Shown here piece after piece: positions 1-8,945 of a DNA stretch of 41,162 nucleotides. This DNA is from Chloroflexi bacterium HGW-Chloroflexi-1. Lineage in GTDB: Bacteria > Chloroflexota > Anaerolineae > CG2-30-64-16. How positions within the stretch are numbered: position 1 is the stretch's first letter; each line of letters starts with the position of its first letter. Made by a program: the position numbers and the translations under genes. The stretch covers positions 1 to 41,162 of the forward strand of contig PHCA01000041.1 of NCBI GenBank assembly GCA_002842085.1, read 5' to 3'. Below the pieces are notes generated by a model. That model was not told where the DNA came from and did not search any database. It was given only the letters and a program-made list of their open reading frames with translations.

Positions 1-66
1 GCAATCCCGATTGCTTTGCTTCGTGCCTCGCAACCGCAAACTACACTTCTCGCAATGACCACCCCC
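1..66. repeat. Truncated inverted copy of an element also present in the 18340-18445 island
   Basis: The reverse complement of 9-41 (GTTTGCGGTTGCGAGGCACGAAGCAAAGCAATC) is identical to 18404-18436. The GTCATTGCGAG motif is also shared (reverse complement of 49-59 vs 18349-18359). Positions 1-14 form a GCAATCCCGATTGC palindrome. Confidence 0.8.
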
Positions 67-104
67 AATCCCTGACCGTGTCCTTCCGTACCCGTAAGAC
101 GTCT

Positions 105-113
105 TGATATAGT
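105..113 (+). promoter_or_regulatory. Candidate extended -10 promoter TGATATAGT for the 210 gene
   Basis: TGnTATAGT lies about 95 nt upstream of the ATG. The -35 is weak. Confidence 0.35.
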
Positions 114-209
114 GATCATCGGCCATCTACCAAATCGTGACATCAACCCCTCTCACGCCATCAGTCGTATCGGTTTCGCACACAGGTCTAACCCGCCGAG
201 GAGGCAAAC

Positions 210-3200
210 ATGAAAGCGAAAGTCTCTTTTGTATTGGTGATGTTGGGCGTCCTCTTGCTGGCATCCAGCGCTGCGGGCGCCAACCCGCAGGTTGACGCCC
301 CGTTAGCAGTCGATCCGTTCCCCGTGCGCATCAACGAGGTCATGCCCCGCCCATCTTCGGGCGGGCACGACTGGGTCGAGCTTCACCGAGCCCGCGCATC
401 CTTTGTCCACTTCCTGCCGGTTCTCTCCAAACGCGCTGGCGCCAACGCGGCAGCGGAAAGCGTCTCCCTGGCTGAGCCGTTTGCAGACCCCGACATCAGT
501 GGCTGGCAGATCAGCGACCAGGACGACCACAACTACACCATCCCGGCCGCGCTGCCGCCGGCGCCTGTCGGCACATTCATCGTGATCCACTTCGACGGTT
601 TGGGACCAGGCGCCGATGACTACAGCTTCGCGGATGGCGTGGCACATCTGCACACCCCGGCCGGGCTGGCCGACATCTTCGACGATGAGGCCGACCAGGT
701 CGCGCTCTACACGGGCAGCACGCACAACCCCGCGACGATCCGGGGACTTCGTGGCCTACGGCGGTCCGCCTGGCGGTAGTGCGGATGACGCGGTGGCGGC
801 CGGCCTGTGGCTGCCCGACGGTTGGGTCAGCCTGGCTATCGGTTCCGGTGCTCAGGCGGAGGGCGAGGTGACCCCCAGCCGCTCTATTGGCCTCTACCCC
901 CGCCACAGCAACGGCGGTCCGGATGACTGGGCGGTCTACCAGGACGCCGACCTGACCCCCGGCGCGGCCAACCCTGTCCCGCGCGCCTACTGGGCCACCA
1001 CCGCAGACGGCGCGGCGATGGGCAGCGACGGCTTCGCCCTGGGCTGGGCCTGGGTGCCCGGGGCCACCTACCAGCTCCAACTGGACGATGATCCGGCCTT
1101 CGGCTCGCCCCTGGTGGACACGATCCTCGACCAGCCGCGCTACGTCCCGCAAATCCCGCCCCCGCCCGGATCGTATTGGTGGCGCGTGCGTGCCATCCTC
1201 GGTTTGAACCAGACTGCGGCCTGGTCAACGCCGGCCCGTGTGACGGTGATTGCGGTGGTCGAGGCCGTGGCGACCGGGGATGAGATCGGGGCGTTGGTCA
1301 GCGTGCAACAGACTGTCTTGCCGATCACCTGGCTGCGCCAGCGCAAGGACAGCCCGCTCCTATGTCTGGATGGCGACAATGAAGGCAACCCCGCCGCGCC
1401 ATCACCCAAAGAGACCTGGGACGCCGTCCACCCGGACGCGATCTACACTCACGGCCGCAATAACTGCGTGCGCGCCTCCATCGCGATGATCGTTACCAAC
1501 TATGGAGGCAACCTGAGTCAGGACCGCCTTTCCTACCAACTGTTCGAGAACCACGGCAGCCCGATCGAGAACGCCGGCGAGGTCGGGAATCCTCGTCTGG
1601 ACCTGGGCCATGACCACACTACCCTGGTCTGCGGCGGCGACGGTTCCAATGGTGGCGCCCTGCTGGCCTGGGCGCTGGGGATCAACAAGAGTGACTACAG
1701 CTACGGCGGTGGCAAGCCGACGTTTGCCCAGATCCGCAACTGGATCGACGCCGGACGGCCGATCATGCGCTTCGACAGCGGTCACCAAACCGTGATCGGC
1801 GGTTACCGCGTTCTCGGTGACGGCACACAGCAGGTCCGCCTCTTCGATCCCTGGACGGCCGTCACCTGGGAGAACTACAGCGGGGTGGCGATCACCTGCT
1901 GGTACGTGCCCCCGGCTTCGGCCCCCGGCGTCCGCTCCGACGAGCCGGGCATCCGGACCGATGCCGACGGCGACGGTGTGATGGACTGGGATGAACAAAA
2001 CCGTTTCTACACCCAGGCCGCCTGGCCAGACACGGACGACGACTGGGTGCAGGACAAGCAGGACATCCGCGAGTACGTCTTCGACACCGCCGGCAACTAC
2101 AACCTGCGCAACGCGGATGGGGACGGCGACGGCCTGCGCAAAGAGCGGGACGCGGATAACGACAACGACGGCTCAGTGGACGGCTGCGAGGACACCAACT
2201 ACAACGGCAAATACGAGGCCGGGTTGGGCGAGACTGACAACTTCAACGCGGCCAGCCACCAGGCGTGCGTGCCGGAGTTCGAGATCCTGGAACCCACCCA
2301 GGCCACCCCGGTCAACGCCGGCGCCTTCGACAACCCGGACAAGATCATCGTTCACGTGCGGACCGCCACGCCCGCCTCTTCGCCCGTGACGTATACCGCC
2401 AGCGACTTCGATGTGACGATCGGCGGCCAGGCGAGCACCGTAGTGGCCGTGTATCAGGTCTTGGACACCCACATGCTGGTGGTCAGCCCGCACACGCAGA
2501 CGGCCGCGGATTACTACGACCTGCAGGTGACGTTGGGCGCGCAGAGCGACACCGAGACGCGGGCCGTTTTCTACCTGCCCAAGCTGCGCGCCGACCAGAT
2601 GATCGTAATCGATCGTTCCGGCAGCATGACGGACTACGGCAAGATGGACGCGGCCAAGAACGCGGCGCGGGCGTTCATCGATCACACCAACGTGGACGAC
2701 ATGATCGGCGTGGTCTCGTTCGAGACGACCGCCGCGGTCAACTACGGCCTGAAGACCGTGACCGGCGATCCCGAGTGGACCGCGGCCAAGGCGGCGGTCA
2801 CCGCGCTTGTCACAGGTAACACCACCGCGCTGGGCCAGGGCGCCCGGCTGGGCTACGACGAGATCGTGGCAAAGGGCAAGAACGATCACGACTGGGCCAT
2901 GGCGCTGCTCAGCGACGGCATGGAGAACGTGACCCCCTACTGGTCCGACCCGACCGTCAGTGGGGTGATCGTGCCCTCCCGCGTCGTCGTCCACACGGTG
3001 GCGCTGGGCCGGGACGCGGATCGGACCCTGCTGGCCGCGATCGCCGGTTCCACCGGGGGCACGCCGTATGAGGCCGGTGTGGACATCCTGCCGCTGGCCG
3101 AAGCGGCGGCCCTCACCCCCGGCCCCTCTCCCGATCTCGGGCGAGGGGAGATGGGAGAATCCCCCCAGTATTGGGGGGCCGGGGGGGCCGCCATACCAGG

Positions 3201-4396
3201 CCCCAGCCTCTCGGCGACCCTGGCCAACCGCCTGGCCGACGTCTACAAGGCGATCGGCGAGGAGATCGGGCATCAGCAGCGACTCTGGGAAAAGACGGGC
3301 ATGATCACCGGCTGGTTGACGTTCGAGGTGCCGGTGGAGAAGAACCTGCCGGAAGGCATCTTCATGGTGAACTGGGACAGCGCCAGCAGCCCGCTCACCA
3401 TGACGCTGACCGACCCTGACGGCAACCAGGTCAAGCCCGGCTATGCGGGAATGACCCACCAGACCGATACCACGCACGATCAGTACCGCATCCGCAACCC
3501 GAAGGGCGGCGTATGGGTGGTCGAGCTGCGCACGCGGGAAAAGCAGGCCGAATACCTGTTCGTCCTCTCGGCCTGGTCGCCGACGACGATGCACCTGGGG
3601 TTTGGGCTGCCGCCGGCCGAACGCAAGATCGGCGTGGAGATTCCGATCCTGGTTGTCCTGGCAGACCACAAACCGATCAAGGGTGCGGAGGTATGGGCGT
3701 GGGTGCAGGGGCCGAACTCGGACCTGGTGCAGTCGCTGCAACTGTTCGACGACGGCGGCCACGCGGATAGCCGGGCCGGTGATGGGGTGTACGGCAACCT
3801 CTTCACGCGCACCTACCAGGCTGGCGCGTACGTAGTCAAGGCCACCGGTTGGGGTATCGACAACTCAGGGGAAGACTTCGTCCGCTATCGCACGGGTGGC
3901 TTCACCATCCTGCCGCGGGTGGGCTACATCTGGCTCGATGATCTGACCACGGCGAACGCCTATCGCGGCCTGCTGGAGGCCAACGGCTTCACCGTGGACT
4001 TCGTGCATCTGAACGCCGTGCCCAAGACGAACTGGAATCGCTACAGCCTGATCCTGGTCGGGCCGGAGACCGGTGACGGGGCGGAGTGGGGCACGTCAGA
4101 GGCCCTGGCTGTGTTGCGGCAATACCCAGGTCTGGCAGAGCCCCTACGATATCCCCGTGCCGCGCGATCGCATCGTGACCGTGTACAAGAAGACGGCCCA
4201 CGTGGGCATCCAGGTCGTGCGGCCCACAGGCGACATGACGTTGATCGGCCGCGAGCCGGGCGACCAGACGCACTACGATCTGATCCAGCAGACAGCGCGT
4301 TATCTGCTGTGGGGCTTCCAGGCAGCGCCGCCGGCCATGACCACGGATGGCAAGCATCTGTTCGTAAACGTGGCGCGGTACATGGTCGGGATGTAG
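210..4396 (+). pseudogene. Large secreted multidomain protein (signal peptide, lamin-tail-like domain, C39/papain-like Cys-peptidase-like domain, Asp-rich Ca-binding repeats, VWA domain). The reading frame is broken twice as sequenced.
   Basis: ATG 210 follows GAGGAGG (196-202). The N-terminus MKAKVSFVLVMLGVLLLASSAAG is a signal peptide. Motifs: INEV..WVEL..ISGWQISD (LTD), NNCVRASIAMI...GHQTVIGGY (Cys/His peptidase-like), DADGDG/DADNDNDGSVDGCED, IVIDRSGSM...LLSDGMEN (VWA MIDAS). ORF 210-779 continues in ORF 616-4413 at the G-run 742-745 (..NPATIR|DFVAYGG..). That ORF continues in ORF 4073-4396 around 4120-4127 (..AVLRQYP|VWQSPYDIP..). Confidence 0.7.
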
Positions 4397-4416
4397 GCTG
4401 GGATGTAGTCTAAGCG

Positions 4417-4455
4417 CCGAGACTTCCGAAGTCCGGAAGACTTCGGAAGTCTCGG
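4417..4455 (+). terminator. Perfect 17-bp hairpin (CCGAGACTTCCGAAGTC-CGGAA-GACTTCGGAAGTCTCGG) followed by TTT
   Basis: Read directly. Lies 21 nt after the TAG at 4394-4396. Confidence 0.7.
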
Positions 4456-4668
4456 TTTCCATCTTCGCCTGGGACTGCTCGGCCACCTGCCGGCGCTGCT
4501 CGACCTGATCGGGCGGCAGCTGGATCAGCAGCTCCATCTGGACATCGAGGACTGCCAGTCCTAACGATAGGCCCGAGGAACTACCCTTCGGACCAGACCG
4601 ACCGCCAACATGAAAGTCGAAGGGTTTGCCGCGATGCCTATATGCCGCACACCTCAACGCTTCACGTG

Positions 4669-4697
4669 TTGACCTTTTCCGGCTAAAGGAGTAGAAT
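4669..4697 (+). promoter_or_regulatory. Sigma70-like promoter TTGACC-17 nt-TAGAAT
   Basis: Read directly. Lies about 70 nt upstream of the 4770 ATG. Confidence 0.6.
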
Positions 4698-4769
4698 TGG
4701 CCAGCACAGGTCCATTGACTTGCGCCCGATCCGGCCCTGCCTCTTCATGATCAAGATCAAGGAGTTCCC

Positions 4770-6167
4770 ATGAGTCTCTCGATTACGCAATGTGTCGCCC
4801 GCGTGTTGGAAGAAGCCGACCGCCCATGCACTCTCACCGAGATCCTGGCCCGTGTGGCGATGCTGCGCCCGGTCGACACCGTGAAACCGCAAGCCACCAT
4901 CCGCGGCGTGCTCAGCAGCCTGCCCCTGGCCGTCAGCCTGGGAGGCCGGCCAGCCCACTACGTCTGGTGGCCGCACGCCCTGGCCAACAACGTCTTCCGC
5001 CAGCCGTTGGACGGCCTGGACTTGTCTTCCGGCCAACTGCCACTCTGCGAGGAGGTCTGGTTGGCGCTCTGGCCCACCTGCTTCGTCGATCGCACCCCTC
5101 GGCCTCACGAAGTGACCCTCGTCCTGCCCGGCGATCTTTCCCTCCAGGCGCAGATTGACAGCATGCCACCCCGCTCCGGCTCATGGGGAATCCTGCCCAA
5201 CCCGGCGTTGGTGACCTGGTTCCAGGATCGAGGCGTCGCGACCGGCGATGCGCTCCGCGTGCGCGTGCTTGACGTGCCGGCGCGGCGCTACGCTGTCGAG
5301 TTAATCCGGGCCCAGGCGCGGGACGAACCGGTTATCGCCGCGCGCAACCGGGTGCTGGCCGATGCCATTGCGGAGGTTCTGCGCGCCTCGCGTGACGACC
5401 TGCCCGACTTCTATCTCATTCCGCGCCTCGTCGCGCGGGGCGCCTATCGCGATCCGTTGCCGCCCGACCCGCTGGACGTGGTCCTGGCCGGCGACCTGGG
5501 GTTCATCGTCGGCAAGTATAGTATCCGGCTCGCTGAGAAGATGGTAGATCAACTGGAACGCGAAACCAGCGCGATGCCCGTTTTCGAGGGCTTTCCTCGT
5601 CCCTCCGGTAACCGCCGGCAGGCGCACACAGAGGATGAGCGCCGGGCCTGGGCCGCCTACCTGTTCGACCGCGGGATGGACTATCGCCGGGCCGGCTGGC
5701 AGTTGGAGGCGGAGGCGTACTACCGGGAGGCGCTACAGTTGGACCCCGGCCACGCCGATGCCTGGGTGCACCTGGGCAACATCCGCTCCGACGAGGGGCA
5801 AGAGACCGGCCCTTCGATGAACCGTTTGACAGGTACACGCGGGGCCTTAGAGCGGGCATTGGCCTGTTACGAACGCGGGGAGGCCGCCGGACTGGCGCGC
5901 ACCATCGGCGATCCGGCCACGTACACCGCGCCGTTCTGGCTGGACCTGGACTCTCGGCCCTACATGCGGGCGCTGCACGGCAAGGGTTGCTGCCTCTGGC
6001 AGCTTGGGCGGATCATCGAGGCTCGCGAGGTCTTCGCCCACATGTTGCGCCTGAACCCGGACGACAACCAGGGCGCCCGCTTCCTGTTGTACGGCCTCGA
6101 TCAGGGTCTCAGTTGGGAGGAAGAGGTCGCGCGGGAAGACCGGGAGTGGGGGCAGGCGGCTCGATGA
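4770..6167 (+). CDS. TPR-repeat protein with a possible N-terminal HARE-HTH-like winged-helix domain
   Basis: ATG follows AAGGAG by 6 nt. C-terminal TPR-like repeats (AEAYYREALQLDPGHADAWVHLGNI; AREVFAHMLRLNPDDNQG). The N-terminus CVARVLEEADRPCTLTEILARV resembles HARE-HTH by eye. Confidence 0.7.
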   Translation: MSLSITQCVARVLEEADRPCTLTEILARVAMLRPVDTVKPQATIRGVLSSLPLAVSLGGRPAHYVWWPHALANNVFRQPLDGLDLSSGQLPLCEEVWLALWPTCFVDRTPRPHEVTLVLPGDLSLQAQIDSMPPRSGSWGILPNPALVTWFQDRGVATGDALRVRVLDVPARRYAVELIRAQARDEPVIAARNRVLADAIAEVLRASRDDLPDFYLIPRLVARGAYRDPLPPDPLDVVLAGDLGFIVGKYSIRLAEKMVDQLERETSAMPVFEGFPRPSGNRRQAHTEDERRAWAAYLFDRGMDYRRAGWQLEAEAYYREALQLDPGHADAWVHLGNIRSDEGQETGPSMNRLTGTRGALERALACYERGEAAGLARTIGDPATYTAPFWLDLDSRPYMRALHGKGCCLWQLGRIIEAREVFAHMLRLNPDDNQGARFLLYGLDQGLSWEEEVAREDREWGQAAR

Positions 6168-6192
6168 ACGCGGTGACTTTTTAAATTAAGAC

Positions 6193-6217
6193 CTGACAGG
6201 TTTGCGAAACCTGTCAG
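6193..6217. terminator. Hairpin CTGACAGGTTT-GCG-AAACCTGTCAG between convergent genes (possible bidirectional terminator)
   Basis: 11-bp perfect stem, preceded by an A/T-rich stretch (TTTTTAAATTAAG). Lies between stops at 6167 and 6231. Confidence 0.65.
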
Positions 6218-6230
6218 ATCTGGGTACCGC

Positions 6231-8489
6231 TCAACGCTTCTCGCACACCTCTAGCACGATCTCATCCAGGAAGAAATTCGTCTGGTTGACCGCGTCGTTG
6301 CGCGCATGGAAATAGAGCTGCAGGGTCTGACCGGCCAGATCGCTCAAATCAAAGCTGGATGTGTACCAGCTCGCGTGCGCATCCAGGTTGTCCAGCGTCT
6401 CCACCGTGCGCAGCAAGTGACCGGCGCCCGTGCGCACCTCGACAGCCAGTGTGTCGCGAGCAGCCGGCCCCGGTTCGATCGTGACCACGGCCCAGGCATA
6501 GCTCAGGTGTAACGTGGCCTCCGGGCGGACGGACACGACCTGGTAAACGCTGTCCTCGATGCTGAGCCCACGGCCCATCCAAAGGCAGTAACCACCGGCA
6601 AAGCAACCAGAGTTTATCAGACCGACAAATGGCGAAGGGTTCCAGTTCCCCAATGCGCCGGACTCGAACCCCGGATCCACCAGCACGTTGCGGCACTCTA
6701 CGCCCCCTGATTGGCCGGACTGGAACTGCGAGCCGTTGATCGCCGGCAAGTATGTGCGTTGGGCTGCCACCAGGAAATCCCGCCCCAGGTAGTTGTTCTC
6801 TGAGACTGGGTCACTGACGCCGGGCGACAGCACCAGTTCGGCCGCGATGTTGTACATCCCGACTTTCGAGACTGTCCAATCCCATGCAACGTCAACCCCG
6901 GCGCCGGCCGCCAGGTCGGGCACGGCCCGCTCCTGCAAGAGCTGACCCGCCAACAAGAACTGCACCCTGGCGCCCGCAAGCGGCGTGCTGCTCAGATTCT
7001 TCACGGTCGCTGCCAAAGTGAGGGGGCCGATCAACCCCTGGCTGGCCAGGCGCCGGCCACTCGCATCGATCACCGCGAGCGATTTCAGGTACAGATCTGC
7101 CGCCGGCCCAGCGGAGAAGCGATTGTCTCCCTCATCCGATTCGCTCACCGCGTTCCCGGTATCCACCAGCACAACCACTTTCCAGCCGTTACCGGCCGGC
7201 CTGAGCCACGCCGCCTCCACCACCGCGTTGCCGCCGTAGCGCATCGGCATCCCGTTCACCGTCTGGCTGTGGATGACGGTCCCGGCCTGATCCTGGATCA
7301 GCACCCGGAACGGCGTCGTCACCGGGGCGTTGCCGCGATTTTGGATCGTGGAGCGAATCTGCACTGGCTGTGCCGCATCGGCCGCAGCGACCCCACCTGA
7401 CTCTTGCACTGTCACGCGCGTGGCCACCAGGTTCACGTAGGGCCGGCGCAGCGGCGTGGTCATGGCGGCGAAGGTCTGCCCCATCGCCCGCATCTGGCGC
7501 GTGGCCGGATCCATCATCCCCGCGATGGTGTTGCCGGCGTCAGCGAAGTTGGTGTCGTCCAGGCTGTACCACATCCAACGCTGGACCAGGTGATCCTCGT
7601 CGGCCGGGTAGCCCAGGCTCGGGTCCGTGGCAGTGAGCAGCCAGTTCGCGGTCTGGATGAAGAAATTCTGCACCCGAGCTGTGTCATAACCACTGCTTTC
7701 GGGAAAGAGGATGCCATACTCAGTAATGATCAGCGGCTTCTCGCGCTGGCCATGATCCGCCATCCACTGTCGCATGGCCAGGATGTGCTGCTGGAAGATG
7801 GTCAGGTCATCATGGCTGTTGAAGGGGTAGGTCGCGGCGCGCTCGCCATAATAGCCGGGCGGGATGCCACAGCCCCACTCACCGGGCACTTCCTGCAAGA
7901 TGTAGTTGTGGATGTTCCAGACGTCCACGGGCATCGGCCTGCCGAACGACGCCTGATAAGCGTCCCACACGGCCGAGAGCCAGCCAAGCCGCAACGGCGT
8001 CGGCTGCACGATGGCCCCGGCCGCCACCTGCGCGCTGGGATCAAAACCCTTGATCGCAAAATACGCTTCTCGATATTGCTGGGCGTACTGCGTGGGCGTG
8101 ACGTTGTCCTGCTTGAACATGTCCGGTTCATTGCCGACGAGCCACAGCCCGCCCGGATCCTCCTCGGCAATGGCCGCGATCTGGGCCAGGTTCAGGCGCA
8201 ACCCACCCGGGCTGACGCGGATCGAGTGGGCCGCCAGAAGACCGTCGGGGTGCGACGCGTCCTCGTTCGGCCCCCAATTCTGATACCAGCCCGCGTCGAG
8301 CGGTACGACGTCGTAGTTGTCGATGCCGTCCAGCACGCCGAAGCCGAACCGTTCGTTGGGCGAGGGATAGAGCGCGGTTGCGCCGGGCGGCAACGCGTCA
8401 GCGGCAGAAACTCTCGTGCCAACCAACGAGCCCAGGATCAGTACCAGCAGTAGGCTAACCCGCCACAATCGCCAGTGGTTTTTCATCAT
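6231..8489 (-). CDS. Secreted glycoside hydrolase (clan GH-A TIM barrel) with CARDB-like repeats and a C-terminal CBM-like beta-sandwich
   Basis: Signal peptide MMKNHWRLWRVSLLLVLILGSLVGTRVSA. Acid/base-type motif LVGNEPD and nucleophile-type motif IITEYG. CARDB-like NRGNAPV and KNLSSTPL segments. C-terminal C..VLVDPGFESG...FFLDEIVLEVC. GGAGA lies upstream of the ATGATG start. Confidence 0.8.
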   Translation of the reverse strand: MMKNHWRLWRVSLLLVLILGSLVGTRVSAADALPPGATALYPSPNERFGFGVLDGIDNYDVVPLDAGWYQNWGPNEDASHPDGLLAAHSIRVSPGGLRLNLAQIAAIAEEDPGGLWLVGNEPDMFKQDNVTPTQYAQQYREAYFAIKGFDPSAQVAAGAIVQPTPLRLGWLSAVWDAYQASFGRPMPVDVWNIHNYILQEVPGEWGCGIPPGYYGERAATYPFNSHDDLTIFQQHILAMRQWMADHGQREKPLIITEYGILFPESSGYDTARVQNFFIQTANWLLTATDPSLGYPADEDHLVQRWMWYSLDDTNFADAGNTIAGMMDPATRQMRAMGQTFAAMTTPLRRPYVNLVATRVTVQESGGVAAADAAQPVQIRSTIQNRGNAPVTTPFRVLIQDQAGTVIHSQTVNGMPMRYGGNAVVEAAWLRPAGNGWKVVVLVDTGNAVSESDEGDNRFSAGPAADLYLKSLAVIDASGRRLASQGLIGPLTLAATVKNLSSTPLAGARVQFLLAGQLLQERAVPDLAAGAGVDVAWDWTVSKVGMYNIAAELVLSPGVSDPVSENNYLGRDFLVAAQRTYLPAINGSQFQSGQSGGVECRNVLVDPGFESGALGNWNPSPFVGLINSGCFAGGYCLWMGRGLSIEDSVYQVVSVRPEATLHLSYAWAVVTIEPGPAARDTLAVEVRTGAGHLLRTVETLDNLDAHASWYTSSFDLSDLAGQTLQLYFHARNDAVNQTNFFLDEIVLEVCEKR

Positions 8490-8603
8490 CCGTCTCCCAA
8501 ATGTATGTTAGTGGTAGCGGCGTAATTATTCCAGTCTTATTCTACCAAATTCTACATCGAAAAGTCCATAGGATCATGGTACTAAGGACTAATCGAAAAG
8601 TCC

Positions 8604-8635
8604 CCACGGTGGCTCGATCACAGACCGGCCACAGC
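8604..8635. repeat. Half copy of the dispersed palindromic element (core GGCTCGrTCACAGACCGGCCACAGC)
   Basis: Matches the right arm of the 33636-33735 element with 1 mismatch. Confidence 0.8.
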
Positions 8636-8694
8636 ACGCGTCCCCAACTGATGATGCTCGTTTCTGGGTTGAACTGGCGCACCGGCACAAAGGA

Positions 8695-8703
8695 TGCTAG
8701 AAT
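8695..8703 (+). promoter_or_regulatory. Candidate extended -10 promoter TGCTAGAAT upstream of the structured element and pcrA
   Basis: TGnTAGAAT read directly. No good -35. Confidence 0.35.
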
Positions 8704-8764
8704 AGGTGGGTCCGTCAGTTCGTGAGGTGCGATCGCTCGCGACCCTTTTGTCTGTCAGGAGGTA

Positions 8765-8930
8765 CTACTCAGCCACCTTGGAGCATCCTGAGCGGAATCC
8801 GGCGTTGTTTGCCGGATGGAGTCGAAGGAGCGGTCTTTGCCCAATGCTGACCGCTCCGCAAGCGTCCTTCGACTACGCCCTGGAACTGCTCAGGGCTCCG
8901 CTCTGGATGCTTGCTCCGCTAGCTGAGTAG
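8765..8930 (+). other. Candidate structured RNA/DNA element: long closing helix plus three hairpins (four-way junction), 15 nt upstream of the pcrA ATG
   Basis: Pairings read directly. 8765-8773/8922-8930 (9 bp), 8780-8788/8905-8917 (9 bp with bulge), 8790-8795/8898-8903 (6 bp). Hairpin A 8797-8803/8811-8817 (7 bp). Hairpin B 8820-8829/8865-8874 (10 bp) plus 8830-8835/8849-8854 (6 bp). Hairpin C 8877-8882/8891-8896 (6 bp). Junction linkers are 1-2 nt. Confidence 0.4.
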
Positions 8931-8945
8931 ACGTCAGGAGAACCC

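Noticed and set aside
3989-4657. 222-aa minus-strand ORF spanning the 3' end of the giant gene and the intergenic hairpin
   Set aside because: Most of it is antisense to coding sequence. Only a short stretch (MELLIQLPPDQVEQRRQVAEQ) looks protein-like, and there is no RBS or family signal.
8765-8930. Cloverleaf topology suggested a tRNA or tmRNA-like gene
   Set aside because: It is 166 nt long, the arm sizes are wrong, and there is no GTTCRANYC T-loop or CCA/acceptor features. It is kept only as an unclassified structured element.
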